DNA of 64,000 nucleotides from Polyangiaceae bacterium (GCA_044376115.1 JBILLK010000004.1:384001-448000); one strand, 5' to 3'; positions 19,678-30,056 are shown, counted from the first letter of the stretch. The notes: a model not told the origin generated them from the letters alone. Numbers and translations are program-made.

Positions 19678-20601
19678 CTAGCAGCCGGTTTCCGCAATTT
19701 GAGCCAAGTCCATCAGCCGCGTGAAGGTCGAACCTTGCGTGCGGAGTTCGCCGACCAGCGTCTCGAGTAGGCCCAGTCGCTTGGCGAGCGGCACCCGCAG
19801 CGCCGGCTCGAGCGCTCGTAAGCTCGATGAAGCGCCCTCCCCGGCCTCGATCAGATCGATTGCGTGAAACTCGAGCGAAAGAGCCTGCTGCGGGTCGCAC
19901 GCGGCGAGCAAACGCCGACCCAGCCGTTCGCTCTGCAAGAGCGAGGTGCCGATCACGGGCAGTCGCGCAAAGGGCGTGACGGCCATCGGGATCTCCACGA
20001 ACGGCCGCTGGCCGCGCGAACCGGGCGCAGGCCCCGGGCGATGCACCGTAGTCGGCCCCCAAAGCTGCGAGCCGGCGAAGGCCAAGCTCGCCGACCGCCG
20101 ACCGCGCAGCGCGTGAAGGCCCTGCACGCCGAGCTTCGCCAGCGCGTACGGTGGGCTCGGCAACAACGAAGCATCAAAGGCCGCGCCCGCCCGTTCGAGC
20201 GCGTCGAAGAGCGCAGCGGAGAGCGTGTAGCCCGGCGCACGAAAGCCCCGTGGCCGAACGCCGAAGCTGCGCTCGAGATCGTCGAAGCTGCCGGCCACCT
20301 CGTCATCGAGCTGGGCTGGCCCCAGGCGGCTGAGATCGTACGGGTGGCTGCGCGAGTGGCTCTCCAGGCTGTGACCGGCCAGCACGGCCCGCTCGAGCGC
20401 CTGCCGTACCTGCGGCTGAGCGAGGTCCTCGGTCACGACGAAGAAGGTGAGCGGCAGTTCGAGCCTTTGCGCGAGCTGTAGGGCCCGTTCGATCGCCACC
20501 GACAAAAAGGAAACAGCCCCCGCTGGGAGCTGTTTCAAACCGTGAATACGCCGGTAGTGGCGCTCTCCATCGAGGTCGAAGGAGAGCGCAACTCGTCGCA
20601 T
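19678..20601 (-). CDS. Polysaccharide deacetylase (CE4/NodB) family
   Basis: SFDLD, TFFV, HSRSH, GFRAPG and FH motifs; ATG overlaps tsf stop. Confidence 0.88.
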   Translation of the reverse strand: MRRVALSFDLDGERHYRRIHGLKQLPAGAVSFLSVAIERALQLAQRLELPLTFFVVTEDLAQPQVRQALERAVLAGHSLESHSRSHPYDLSRLGPAQLDDEVAGSFDDLERSFGVRPRGFRAPGYTLSAALFDALERAGAAFDASLLPSPPYALAKLGVQGLHALRGRRSASLAFAGSQLWGPTTVHRPGPAPGSRGQRPFVEIPMAVTPFARLPVIGTSLLQSERLGRRLLAACDPQQALSLEFHAIDLIEAGEGASSSLRALEPALRVPLAKRLGLLETLVGELRTQGSTFTRLMDLAQIAETGC

Positions 20602-21539
20602 CAGGCCTCAGAAGCCATCTTCGCTACTTCTTCAGCGAAGTTGTCTTCCTTCTTGGCGATGCCCTCACCGCGTTCGTAGCGGACGAACTTGACGAGGTGA
20701 ATCGGCGCGCCAGCAGCCTTCGAAGTCTCCTCACGGAGCGCCTCGATCGTCTTGCCGGGGACCACGACGCTCTCCTGCTCGAGCAGGGCGATCTCGGAGT
20801 ACCACTTCACCAGCTTGCCCTCGATGATCTTGGGCCAGGAGGCCTCCGGCTTGGGCTTGGGGTCTTCACGCAGCTGCCCCTCGAAGATCTCCTTCTGCTT
20901 GGCGATCTGGTCTGCAGCGACGTCACTTCGCTGCAAAACGAGTGGGGTCATGGCAGCGATCTGCATCGCCGTGTCTTCAGCGAACTTCGCCACGTCGGCG
21001 TGCGCCGCAGCCGTGGCCGACTCGGTCTCGAGGGCCAAGATGACGCCGATCTTGCCACCGAGGTGGACGTAGCTCGCCGTGAGGCCGTGCTTGCCAGCGG
21101 AGACCGCCACGCGATCCCAGCGGCGAACATCGATCTTCTCGCCGATCTTGCCGGTGAGCTCAGCGGCGACCTCGACGACCGTCTTGCCGGCCAAAGGCGC
21201 CTTGTTCAGGTCGCTGCCGGCCTCGGCCTGGATCGCCACCGCCATCACGTCGGCGAGGAAGGTCTGGAAGCCCTCGCTGCGCGCAGCGAAGTCCGTCTGA
21301 ATGTTGACCTCGACCATCGTCGCAGCGAGCTTGTCACTGGACACGCCCGCACGAACTTCCCCTTCACTAGCCACGGCAGAAGCGCGCTTGGCGCTCTTGG
21401 CGAGACCCTTCTTGAGGATGATCTCGACGGCCTTCTCCATGTCGCCCGCGGCCTCGACGAGTGCATTCTTGCAATCGCTCATGCCCGCCTGGGTTCGCTC
21501 ACGAAGTTCTTTGATCGCCTGCGGTGTTACGCCACTCAT
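20601..21539 (-). CDS. tsf: Elongation factor Ts
   Basis: IKELRERTQAGMSDCKNAL, EVNIQTDFAA, GKIGEKI, MQIAAM. Confidence 0.98.
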   Translation of the reverse strand: MSGVTPQAIKELRERTQAGMSDCKNALVEAAGDMEKAVEIILKKGLAKSAKRASAVASEGEVRAGVSSDKLAATMVEVNIQTDFAARSEGFQTFLADVMAVAIQAEAGSDLNKAPLAGKTVVEVAAELTGKIGEKIDVRRWDRVAVSAGKHGLTASYVHLGGKIGVILALETESATAAAHADVAKFAEDTAMQIAAMTPLVLQRSDVAADQIAKQKEIFEGQLREDPKPKPEASWPKIIEGKLVKWYSEIALLEQESVVVPGKTIEALREETSKAAGAPIHLVKFVRYERGEGIAKKEDNFAEEVAKMASEA

Positions 21540-21568
21540 GTCATGCTCCTGCGTCAGTGCTTATGGAC

Positions 21569-21605
21569 CATCAACGTCGGCCCGATACAGGCGCCGACGC
21601 TGATG
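21569..21605 (-). other. Stem-loop in rpsB-tsf intergenic region (attenuator or stabiliser)
   Basis: Minus-strand CATCAGCGTCGGC...GCCGACGTTGATG stem; no U-tract. Confidence 0.55.
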
Positions 21606-21649
21606 AGTCATGAGAAGAAAATGTTTCCACCGTGCGGTGGAACTGGAAG

Positions 21650-22477
21650 CTAGTTGCGCTGACCTTGACCCTGGTGACGGCGCGACATCACGGGAACGTC
21701 GTTCTCCGCGCGGCGGCCTTCACCCTGGTCACGGCGACGCATGGTGCCTTCAACACAGGCGTCAGCGACGCGCGTGGTGATCAGGCGGATCGACCGGATG
21801 GCGTCGTCATTGCCGGGGATCACGAAGTCGACGAGGTCGGGGTCGCAGTTGGTGTCGGTGATGGCGACCACCGGGATGCTGAGGCGGCGAGCCTCGGCGA
21901 TGGCGATGCTCTCCTGGTGCGGATCGATGATGAAGATGACCGCGGGGATCGAGCTCATCGTCTTCAGACCGCCGAGGTACTTCTCAAGGCGCTCGCGCTC
22001 CTTCTCGAGCTTGGCAACTTCCTTCTTGAGCAGCTGCTCGTAGGTGCCATCTTCCTTCATGCGCTCGAGCGTGCGCAGACGATCCAAGCCGCCCTTGATG
22101 GTGCGGAAGTTGGTGAGCGTGCCGCCGAGCCAGCGGTTCGTCACAAAATACATGTTCGCGCGGCGAGCCTGCTCCTGAACGATCTCCTGAGCCTGGCGCT
22201 TGGTGCCGACGAAGAGCACGTTGCCACCGCGACCGACTGCGTCGACGATGAAGTCGAACGCCTTCTTGAACAGGCGCACCGTCTGATCGAGATCAACGAT
22301 GTGGATGCCGTTGCGAGCGCCGTAGATGTACTGGCGCATCTTCGGGTTCCAGCGCTTGGTCTGGTGACCGAAGTGAACGCCGGCGTCGAGCAGCGTACGG
22401 AGGGGAAGCGGGAACTCGCCCGAGGCCTGAACTGCGGAAAAATCTTCGCCGCCAGCGGCAGCAACTTGCTCAGTCAT
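21650..22477 (-). CDS. rpsB: 30S ribosomal protein S2
   Basis: [52 protein letters not shown]. Confidence 0.99.
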   Translation of the reverse strand: MTEQVAAAGGEDFSAVQASGEFPLPLRTLLDAGVHFGHQTKRWNPKMRQYIYGARNGIHIVDLDQTVRLFKKAFDFIVDAVGRGGNVLFVGTKRQAQEIVQEQARRANMYFVTNRWLGGTLTNFRTIKGGLDRLRTLERMKEDGTYEQLLKKEVAKLEKERERLEKYLGGLKTMSSIPAVIFIIDPHQESIAIAEARRLSIPVVAITDTNCDPDLVDFVIPGNDDAIRSIRLITTRVADACVEGTMRRRDQGEGRRAENDVPVMSRRHQGQGQRN

Positions 22478-22489
22478 GGTATTTCCTCA

Positions 22490-22615
22490 TTTCGGTTGTT
22501 ACCTACGCTTCAAGAGCCCAATCGCACGAGGCGACACCGGCGGGCTCTCCGCTCCCCTTCAGCCTGAGGCCTCCGGGGAACTCGCACCGACCCGAAGGTC
22601 AGTGAAGCGAGTGGA
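22490..22615 (-). ncRNA. Putative ribosomal protein S2 autoregulatory leader
   Basis: Minus strand: closing stem CGCUUCA/UGAAGCG, hairpins GACC-UUCG-GGUC and GAGCCC/GGGCUC, potential pseudoknot UCGGU/ACCGA just before the SD. Confidence 0.6.
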
Positions 22616-22648
22616 GTTTCTTGCCACCCGAGGGTGGAAAGGACGCGC

Positions 22649-22676
22649 ACGATAGTCGGAAGCCGCACAGAGTCAA
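22649..22676 (-). promoter_or_regulatory. Sigma70-type promoter of rpsB-tsf
   Basis: TTGACT-N16-TATCGT on minus strand. Confidence 0.6.
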
Positions 22677-22717
22677 CCCTCAGCTAACCTGAACGCTGTG
22701 CTAGCATCTGTGCCTCT

Positions 22718-24802
22718 ATGGCGAGTCATCGAAGCTTAAAGCTCCTGGCCGTTCTCGTCGCCATCGGAGTCGGGGCCGGAAGTTCGTTTCTTGCCTCCTG
22801 CATCGCATCCGGGCCGCCGATCGATCCCATCACCGGGGATGAGGACGGCGGCTTCGAAGATGAGGACGCGGACACGCCCGATGGCTTCGTCGATGTGCCG
22901 GTCAGCGACCCGCACGCCGTGCTCGGCGCCACCCCAGCGCATGGGCCCTTCAACGGTGGCCAGCGTGTGATCGTCACCGGCAACGGCTTTGCGTCCAACG
23001 CCCAGCTCTGGTTCGGCTCGGTTCAAGCCACCGACGTGATCGTGATCGACGCGACCAAGCTGCAAGTCACCGCGCCTCCCGGGGAACGAGGGCCGGTCAC
23101 GCTGACCACGCAAAACGGCGACGATGAATCGACGAAGAGCAGCTTGGTGGGCGGTTACACCTACGACGCGCTCTACGCCGATCCGAGCACGGGCCCGGTG
23201 TCAGGCGGTACCGACGTGCGGATCGTCGGGCAAAACACCGAATGGGACGCGCAAACGGTGGCCACGATCGATCAGAAGCCGTGCGTAACGCTGACCCTCG
23301 TGTCGCCCTCCGAGCTCGTGTGCCGCGCCCCCAAAGGAACGCCCGGGGCCAAAGCCGTGCGCGTGGTCGACGGTGAAGACGCGATCACCGTGCTCGACGG
23401 CTACACCTACGAAGACTCGAGCGACGGTTTCAAAGGCGGGCTCTCCGGCGACGAGCTGAACGGCACCCTGCGTGTGCTCGCGTTCAACAACTTCACCGGG
23501 GACCCGCTGGTTGGCGCTTCGGTGATCGTCGGGTCGAACGTGCAGACGGCGCTGATCGCCAACGTCGACGAGAGCGGCGTTGCGTTGCTGCAAGACCCCA
23601 GCTTGAACAGCCCCAAGACGGTGACCGTAGCGTTCAAGTGCCACAGCCCGGTCACCTTCGTCGACGTACCAGTGGACACCGTCACGGTGTACCTGGACCC
23701 GGTGCTCACGCCTTCTTGCGCCGAGGGCTTCGGCACGCCGCCGGGCGTGGGCGGCGGCAGCGTGAACCAAGGCGTGGTGCAAGGCGAGCTGGTGTTCCCG
23801 GCGGTGAACGAGTTCGAGAAAGGGCCGTTCGCGGTGCCGCAGCCGGTGGGCAATGAGAAACGCGTGGCGTACGTCTTCCCAGCGGCGGGCAATCCACAAC
23901 AAAACTTCAGCCTGCCGCCTGCGTCCTCGGCCATCACCCCCGACGCTGGAGGCGCGCTCGGCTTTGAGTTTTCGCTCGCGTCGACGCCGGGCAACCGCAC
24001 CTTTTATGCGCTGGCCGGGCTCGAGGATCGCTCGGTGAGCCCGCCGCGCTTTCTCGCCTATTCGATGGGCCTCGTGCGCGGCGTGCCGGTCACCACCGAC
24101 GAGGTCACGAGCGAGGTTTATGTCGATATGCGGCCGCTGGATCTGGCGCTGACGCTGGACGCCTCGCCGCCACCGCCCGGCAACCCGGGGCCGGATCGCT
24201 TCTTCGCCAACGTCGCTTTGCGGCTTGGGCCGGACGGCTTCGCGATCTTCCCGCAAGGCCAAAAGGCGCCGCTTTTGCCGCTGAACAGCGACGTCAACTT
24301 CGTGGGCTTGCCGCTGCTGGCAGGCCCGTTCGAGGGCTCGACCTACGCCGTGTCGGCGCGCGCGGTGACCGGGCCGAGCTACGCCGCGCCGCTCAGCGTC
24401 GTGGCGAGCCAGCAAACCAACACCACCGCCTTCCCGATCGTGATCGACGGCTTCGTCGGCAAGCCCACCCTGCTGACGCCGATGCTGAATGAGTCGTGGA
24501 ACCGTACCGAGCTCGAGACCGAGTTCGGCCCCGGCGCGCCGGTGGATCTGACCGTCTACGACGTGGTCACCGGCAACGGGCTAATGCACTGGCTGGTGGC
24601 TGTCCCCGGCGGAGGTCGCGCGGTCGAGCTGCCCGACCTCTCCGGCATCGAAGACGCGAGCCTGCCCTCCGGCTCGATCCTGATCAACCTGATCGGCGCT
24701 CGTTTCGAGGACTTCGACTACAAGAAGCTCACGTACCGTCAGCTGCGCACGCAAGGGATGGACGCCTATGCGCAGGACTTCACCGAAGCTCACGCACCGT
24801 GA
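22718..24802 (+). CDS. IPT/TIG-domain lipoprotein
   Basis: Lipobox LASC; two IPT repeats (PAHGPFNGGQRVIVTGNGF, PSTGPVSGGTDVRIVG, ending YTY). Confidence 0.85.
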   Translation: MASHRSLKLLAVLVAIGVGAGSSFLASCIASGPPIDPITGDEDGGFEDEDADTPDGFVDVPVSDPHAVLGATPAHGPFNGGQRVIVTGNGFASNAQLWFGSVQATDVIVIDATKLQVTAPPGERGPVTLTTQNGDDESTKSSLVGGYTYDALYADPSTGPVSGGTDVRIVGQNTEWDAQTVATIDQKPCVTLTLVSPSELVCRAPKGTPGAKAVRVVDGEDAITVLDGYTYEDSSDGFKGGLSGDELNGTLRVLAFNNFTGDPLVGASVIVGSNVQTALIANVDESGVALLQDPSLNSPKTVTVAFKCHSPVTFVDVPVDTVTVYLDPVLTPSCAEGFGTPPGVGGGSVNQGVVQGELVFPAVNEFEKGPFAVPQPVGNEKRVAYVFPAAGNPQQNFSLPPASSAITPDAGGALGFEFSLASTPGNRTFYALAGLEDRSVSPPRFLAYSMGLVRGVPVTTDEVTSEVYVDMRPLDLALTLDASPPPPGNPGPDRFFANVALRLGPDGFAIFPQGQKAPLLPLNSDVNFVGLPLLAGPFEGSTYAVSARAVTGPSYAAPLSVVASQQTNTTAFPIVIDGFVGKPTLLTPMLNESWNRTELETEFGPGAPVDLTVYDVVTGNGLMHWLVAVPGGGRAVELPDLSGIEDASLPSGSILINLIGARFEDFDYKKLTYRQLRTQGMDAYAQDFTEAHAP

Positions 24803-26790
24803 GCCTCAACCGCAAGCAGGCCCAGCTCGGACTGGGCGCGCTCATCATCGCGGCGCTCGTCGGCTCCTGTTTCGAGCGCGGGGATCGCTGGCTCGAGCCT
24901 GCACCGATCGAGCCGATCTGCGAGGCTGGCAAACAACGCTGCACGCCGCTCGGCGTCGAGCAATGTGAAGGCAGCGGAGCGCTCGCACGCTGGAACCTCA
25001 AGGCGGACTGCGCAGCCGACAACAAGGTCTGCGTCGACGGCCTATTCGAGTGCAAGCTGTGCATCCCGGAGGGGCGCTTCTGCGACGGGCTCGACGTCAG
25101 GCAATGCGATACCTCGGGCGACGCCAGCCAATACGTGACGAGCTGTGACCCGAGCATCGGAGACGCCTGTCGCGGCGGGACGTGCCAGAACTTGTGCGAC
25201 GTCGCCGCGCTCGAGAAGAGCAACGTCGGTTGCGAATATTGGGCGGTGGATCTCGATAACGCCAACATCGATGCGACGAGCAACGCCGCGGCCCAGCAGT
25301 TTGCCCTGGTGGTGTCGAACCCGCAGCCCGACGTCGCGGTGGTGGTCCGCATCGAACAAGACGATTCGTTGCCCGGCGAGCCCGGCGCTCCCTTCGAGAT
25401 CGCCAACGCGACCATCCCGCCGCTCAACCTGGCGGTGTTCAAGCTGGGCCCGCGCGAGGTGGATGGCAGCGCCGAAGGCAGCTTCGACAGCGGTACGCAT
25501 ACGGCGCTCACGCGCAACGCTTACCGCGTCCGCACCGACTTCCCGGTGGTCGCTTATCAGTTCAACCCGCTCGAGAACGTCAGCGTCTTTTCCAACGATG
25601 CGTCATTGCTTTACCCACGCGAGGCGCTCGATTTCGGCGTCGCCGCGGTGCAGCGCAGCTACATCGTGCTTGGCTGGCCGCAGACGATCGCCATCACCGA
25701 CGATCCGGAGACCAACTTCAACCCGGCGGATCCGATCAACCTGCGAGCGTTCCTGACCGTGGTCGGCACCACCGAGAACACCACCGTAAGAGTGACTCCG
25801 CGCACCACGGTGGTGCCGGGCAGCGGCATCGCGGAGACCCCGCCTGGCGGAACGATCGAAGCGACGCTGCAGCCCTTCGACGTGCTCAACCTCGAGACCG
25901 GGGACTTCAATGCGGACTTCACCGGCACCGAGATCTTGGCCGATCAGCCGGTGGTCGTGTTCGTCGGCAGTGAAGCCTCGGATGCGCCTCACTTCGAGAC
26001 CCTGGCCGACCGCCGCTGCTGCGCCGATCACTTGGAGGACCAGCTCGCGCCGGTGCGCACGGCTGGGAAGTTCTTTGCAGTGCCGCATACGCCCAATCGT
26101 GGAGACGCCGTGCGGGCAGCCGGTGCCAACGTCGAGCCGATCCCTGAAGCGGAATACGTGCGCTTCATCGCCACCACCAACGCGGGCGCCGTAGTCGAGA
26201 CCACCCTCCCCTCGCCCTTCGATCGGCTCGAGCTCGACGGCCTCGGTGCGTTCGCCGAGGTGGAGACGACGACCGACTTCTTGGCTACCAGCAGTGAACC
26301 CGTCCTCGTCGCGCAAATCATGGCCAGCCAACAAGCCGGCAGCGTCACCCGCTCGGGCTTTCCCGGCGGAGATCCGAGCTTGATGATGGTGCCGCCGTTC
26401 GAACAGGCCCGCAGCGACTACGTCTTTCTCACGCCGGACAAATACGCCTTCGACTTCGTCACGGTGGTTGCGCCGTTCGGCGCGACGGTCTTGCTCGACG
26501 GGCAGCAAATTGACGAGTCGCTGTGTGAAGTCGCAGCAGGCGACGGGCTGACCAATGAACAGCGCGGCGGCAAGAACCCGAGCCACGTCGTTTACCGCTG
26601 CCAGCTCAGCTTCCCGATCGTCAACGCGAACGTGGACCCACCGATGATCTCGGCTGGGCTTCAGGATGACGGCGTTCACCGCATCAACGCCAATGCGCCA
26701 GTGTTCATCGCGGTAACCGGCTGGGACGCCTTCGTCAGCTACGCCTACGCAGGCGGCACCGAGCTTCGCGCGATCGCGCCGCCGCAATGA
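24799..26790 (+). CDS. IgGFc-binding-protein N-terminal-like lipoprotein
   Basis: GTG overlap start, Cys-rich N-terminus, SNVGCEYWAVDLDN, FSNDASLL, DHLEDQL, GDPSLM, VSYAYAGG. Confidence 0.85.
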   Translation: MSLNRKQAQLGLGALIIAALVGSCFERGDRWLEPAPIEPICEAGKQRCTPLGVEQCEGSGALARWNLKADCAADNKVCVDGLFECKLCIPEGRFCDGLDVRQCDTSGDASQYVTSCDPSIGDACRGGTCQNLCDVAALEKSNVGCEYWAVDLDNANIDATSNAAAQQFALVVSNPQPDVAVVVRIEQDDSLPGEPGAPFEIANATIPPLNLAVFKLGPREVDGSAEGSFDSGTHTALTRNAYRVRTDFPVVAYQFNPLENVSVFSNDASLLYPREALDFGVAAVQRSYIVLGWPQTIAITDDPETNFNPADPINLRAFLTVVGTTENTTVRVTPRTTVVPGSGIAETPPGGTIEATLQPFDVLNLETGDFNADFTGTEILADQPVVVFVGSEASDAPHFETLADRRCCADHLEDQLAPVRTAGKFFAVPHTPNRGDAVRAAGANVEPIPEAEYVRFIATTNAGAVVETTLPSPFDRLELDGLGAFAEVETTTDFLATSSEPVLVAQIMASQQAGSVTRSGFPGGDPSLMMVPPFEQARSDYVFLTPDKYAFDFVTVVAPFGATVLLDGQQIDESLCEVAAGDGLTNEQRGGKNPSHVVYRCQLSFPIVNANVDPPMISAGLQDDGVHRINANAPVFIAVTGWDAFVSYAYAGGTELRAIAPPQ

Positions 26791-27752
26791 GGTCTTGGCG
26801 CGCCGTTGCGCTAGCGCTCGCGTTGCCGGCTTGCGCCAGCGAAACCGGGCCAAACGCCGAAGCCCCGACGCCACGCAAGGCTTTCGGCCAGGCCGGCGCG
26901 GGCGCGCAGGCTGCGCTCACAAACGAGCCGCGCGCCCACGACCCGCTCGCGCATGAAGCCCCAAGTTCGAGCTTATCCGCGCTGTCGAGCGCGCCAACGC
27001 CAACGCCTTCCGCGACCGCAAATACACCCGAGCCGGTTGCGCCCGAGCCGATCCCAGCGGCGCTCTTGCGCGTCCTCGCAGTGAACCCGTATGTGGAGGT
27101 GGACTGCGAAGGGCTGCCCCAAGCCGGCTTTCCCGAGGGCGTCACCAAGCGCTGCCGCTACACGGCGATGGGCGTTACGGCCGAGGTAGTCACGGCCAAC
27201 CCGGAGCCGGAAGTGGCTGCGCGGTGGTTCTTGGATGCTGCGCGCTCCTGCGCCCCGCTCGAGGCCTTTCGCACGAGCGATCCCTTGAACTGGCAACGCG
27301 GAGTGGTCGCTTTTGCGAAACACATGCGCCTGCAGTCGTCGCGCATCTTTCCGCTGAGCGGCGCGATCGTCGAGGACCTCGGGGATGGCCCCACGGCGTT
27401 CGAGTTTGATCGCGGGGTGGTCGCGCCGTGCGCGCAGGGCAAGTGCCGCTGCCGTATCAACTCGCTGTCGTCGGTCGCGCTGTGCCGCTTTCGTGAGGCG
27501 CAGGGGGCGTCGGGCGAAGCGTGTCGCAAGAGCTTCGAATCCGACGAAAGCTGGCGAGCACAGTGCCTGTTGAATCATCAGCAGGCCTTCCGTACGGGAG
27601 AAAATGAGCACCTGCGCGCGAGGGCCCATCTCGTCGGAGAGGCCGTGGCGAAGAAGTGCCGTTTGAAGGCCGAGCGCTCCAAAGGCAAAGGCTGCGTCCC
27701 CGGCGAGGTGGTGATGCTGATCGAAGCAGAGCTCGGGCTCGCCAAGCCGTAG
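26787..27752 (+). CDS. Hypothetical Cys-containing lipoprotein
   Basis: Lipobox LPAC; ATGA overlap with upstream gene. Confidence 0.7.
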   Translation: MRSWRAVALALALPACASETGPNAEAPTPRKAFGQAGAGAQAALTNEPRAHDPLAHEAPSSSLSALSSAPTPTPSATANTPEPVAPEPIPAALLRVLAVNPYVEVDCEGLPQAGFPEGVTKRCRYTAMGVTAEVVTANPEPEVAARWFLDAARSCAPLEAFRTSDPLNWQRGVVAFAKHMRLQSSRIFPLSGAIVEDLGDGPTAFEFDRGVVAPCAQGKCRCRINSLSSVALCRFREAQGASGEACRKSFESDESWRAQCLLNHQQAFRTGENEHLRARAHLVGEAVAKKCRLKAERSKGKGCVPGEVVMLIEAELGLAKP

Positions 27753-27758
27753 CGAGCT

Positions 27759-30056
27759 TCAGCGCGCGGGCGAAGGCAGCTTGCTCGCAGCGAGCGCAGC
27801 GCCACACACGAAGAAGCCGAGCGCAGCCAGCAGAAACAGGAACGCGTTGCCGGCATAAAGCGCCAACAAAGGTCCGAGGCTCAGCGCCACCGCAGCTCCC
27901 AGCGCCCCGGCGAAGAGGCCATGGGAGGGCTCGGTCTCGGAGATGTTGCCCCAAAACGGCATCAGTAGCACGCTCAGCTTGCCCACGCCCCAGCCCCAAA
28001 AGCCGGAGAGCAGCACAACCCACAACACGCGCAGCACGAGCGGGCCGCCCTCGAGCGCGGTAGCCAGGAGGCCGATCAGCAACGAGCACACCACCGCTGC
28101 GATGCTGGCCAAGAGCGCCGTTCGTACCGGGGTCAGACTGCGCATCGGTCGTCGCGTAAGCGCCGAGAGCGCGGCAGCACCCAAGAACGACGGAAGCACC
28201 ACCATGAGGGCGTAATGTTGCCCACCGATGAGCGACGTCAAACGCCCGACCAGCGCTTGCTCAACCAGGGCCACACCGAAGCCACCAGCGGCAAAGCTCA
28301 AGAGCGCGCCCCAGCCGAGCATCGTGCGCTTTGAGCTTCTGAGCACCGCAACGCTGCGAAGAGCGACGAAGATCAACGCGAGCGCCGCGAGGAACTGCCA
28401 TTGCACCGCCGGAAAGGCCGCGACCGGCCCTGCGGCGAAGGCGCGTCGCGGCGAGACCGCCAACGCAACCAACTCGGCGAACGGGCGCTCCAAAAAGAAG
28501 CCAGGGCTGTCGTCGCTGGGCACCGAAACGCGCGCGCGCGCCGTCTTGTCGAAGGGCCGCAGCACGGCCGCCTCGAGCAGCTCTTGGTTCTGCAGATCGG
28601 GCGCAAAGACCTCATTGAAGCGCTGGCCTGCACAATAATCACGGAGCCGACCGAGCTCCTCTTGGCTCAGCGCGCTGCGTTTGATCACCAGCGCTGTCGA
28701 GCCGCTGTGTGAGCAGGCATAGAGGTGACGCTTTGCCTCCGGCCCAAGTTCGGCCGCTGCCAAACGGAGCAGCTTGCCGAGATCCGGATCCCAACGGCGG
28801 ACCACCAACAGCCCGTCCGCCGAGAGCGCGTCGAGGAAGCTGCGAAACGCCTCGCGCGTGAAGAGCGTCGTCTCGGCCGCGGCCAGACCTCGCGCATGCG
28901 GGACAACGCCCGAGTCGATGCCGGGCACCACGATCACGTCGAAGCGCTCGTCGGCTGCGCTCACAAAGCTGCGCGGGTCGGCCCCGATCAAAGAGACCTC
29001 CGGCCGGCTGAAAAGCTGATTCATCTGCTCGGCGAGCTTGCCGCTCAACACCGCGGAGCGGAGAGCTGCGTTGGGTTCGACCGCCACCACCTGCGTGCGA
29101 CCAGCGTCGAGCGCCGCGCGAACATCGCGGCCGTGACCCGCCCCCAGCACCAAGATCGGCCCGTCGCTTTGGACCGCCGCATACGCCATATGCTCCGGCA
29201 ACTTGGGCGCGGCGCGCTGCGTGTGAACCGCCGTGCGGTTGCCATCCGTTGCGACCCAGGCAAAGCCCGTCGACGCTGGCTTATCCATGCTCAAGAGGCC
29301 GCTGCTCGACCATTGGAGCAAGACGGTGCGCGAGACGCTGAGCGTGCGCAACTTGGGCGCCTCGAGCCAGGTCTCGCCGTAGTCGCCCCACAGCAACATC
29401 AAGCCCGCGAGAAAGAACGCCGCAGACTGAAAGCCTGTGGTTCGCCGTTCCGCTGCGGAGGTCAACGCGCTGCGCGAGAGCGAAACCGCAAACAACACCG
29501 CGGCCAGCCCAAATCCGCATGAAAATAGCAGACCAGCGCGGGGTGCGCCGAGTGAAAGCAGCGCCATCGCCAACGGCCCGCCGACCAACATGCCGAGCCC
29601 ATCGGTGGCAAAGAAGCTCGCCCGAGCGGAAGCCCGGCGCGAGCAGAGCACGCCGAAGACAAACCCCTTCAGTACAAAGGCGGGCAGGCTCAAGCACAGA
29701 AGCTCGAAGAACTCACGCCAGGTCGCGCTCTCCGGATCTCCGAGCTTGGAGCGCAGTCCCATGATCACCGCCACCACGCCGAAGACGGTGCCAAAGCCAC
29801 TGCAACCGACCAGCCGCTTGGCCAGCGGGGTCGCGGACTTGGGCCTCAGCAGCGGCACCGCCAACAGCCCGAGCGCCGACCCCCATAGCGGCAAGGCCAG
29901 CGCCAGCGGCGCAAGCTCCTTGCCCAAGGCCACCGAATAGAGCCGCGCCAACACCGTCGACAGACCGGTGGTGGAGAGCGAAAGCGTAAACAAGCCCGCC
30001 AGTGCGAGGGCTCGCTCGCCGCTCATGGGAGCACTTTCAGCGGGGGAGTCAGCCAT
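27759..30056 (-). CDS. Membrane-flanked spermidine-synthase-like SAM-dependent transferase
   Basis: N- and C-terminal TM bundles around ILVLGAGHGRD, VAVEPN, FDVI and LFTREAF motifs. Confidence 0.8.
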   Translation of the reverse strand: MADSPAESAPMSGERALALAGLFTLSLSTTGLSTVLARLYSVALGKELAPLALALPLWGSALGLLAVPLLRPKSATPLAKRLVGCSGFGTVFGVVAVIMGLRSKLGDPESATWREFFELLCLSLPAFVLKGFVFGVLCSRRASARASFFATDGLGMLVGGPLAMALLSLGAPRAGLLFSCGFGLAAVLFAVSLSRSALTSAAERRTTGFQSAAFFLAGLMLLWGDYGETWLEAPKLRTLSVSRTVLLQWSSSGLLSMDKPASTGFAWVATDGNRTAVHTQRAAPKLPEHMAYAAVQSDGPILVLGAGHGRDVRAALDAGRTQVVAVEPNAALRSAVLSGKLAEQMNQLFSRPEVSLIGADPRSFVSAADERFDVIVVPGIDSGVVPHARGLAAAETTLFTREAFRSFLDALSADGLLVVRRWDPDLGKLLRLAAAELGPEAKRHLYACSHSGSTALVIKRSALSQEELGRLRDYCAGQRFNEVFAPDLQNQELLEAAVLRPFDKTARARVSVPSDDSPGFFLERPFAELVALAVSPRRAFAAGPVAAFPAVQWQFLAALALIFVALRSVAVLRSSKRTMLGWGALLSFAAGGFGVALVEQALVGRLTSLIGGQHYALMVVLPSFLGAAALSALTRRPMRSLTPVRTALLASIAAVVCSLLIGLLATALEGGPLVLRVLWVVLLSGFWGWGVGKLSVLLMPFWGNISETEPSHGLFAGALGAAVALSLGPLLALYAGNAFLFLLAALGFFVCGAALAASKLPSPAR

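Noticed and set aside
19541..20062. N-terminal extension of the Sel1 ORF (771 aa)
   Set aside because: Overlaps the deacetylase in another frame; a clean lipoprotein signal starts at 19540
20697..22567. Long plus-strand ORFs antisense to tsf and rpsB (similar shadows occur over ileS, SNF2 and the IgGFc gene)
   Set aside because: Typical high-GC shadow frames opposite genes with clear motifs; no family signatures
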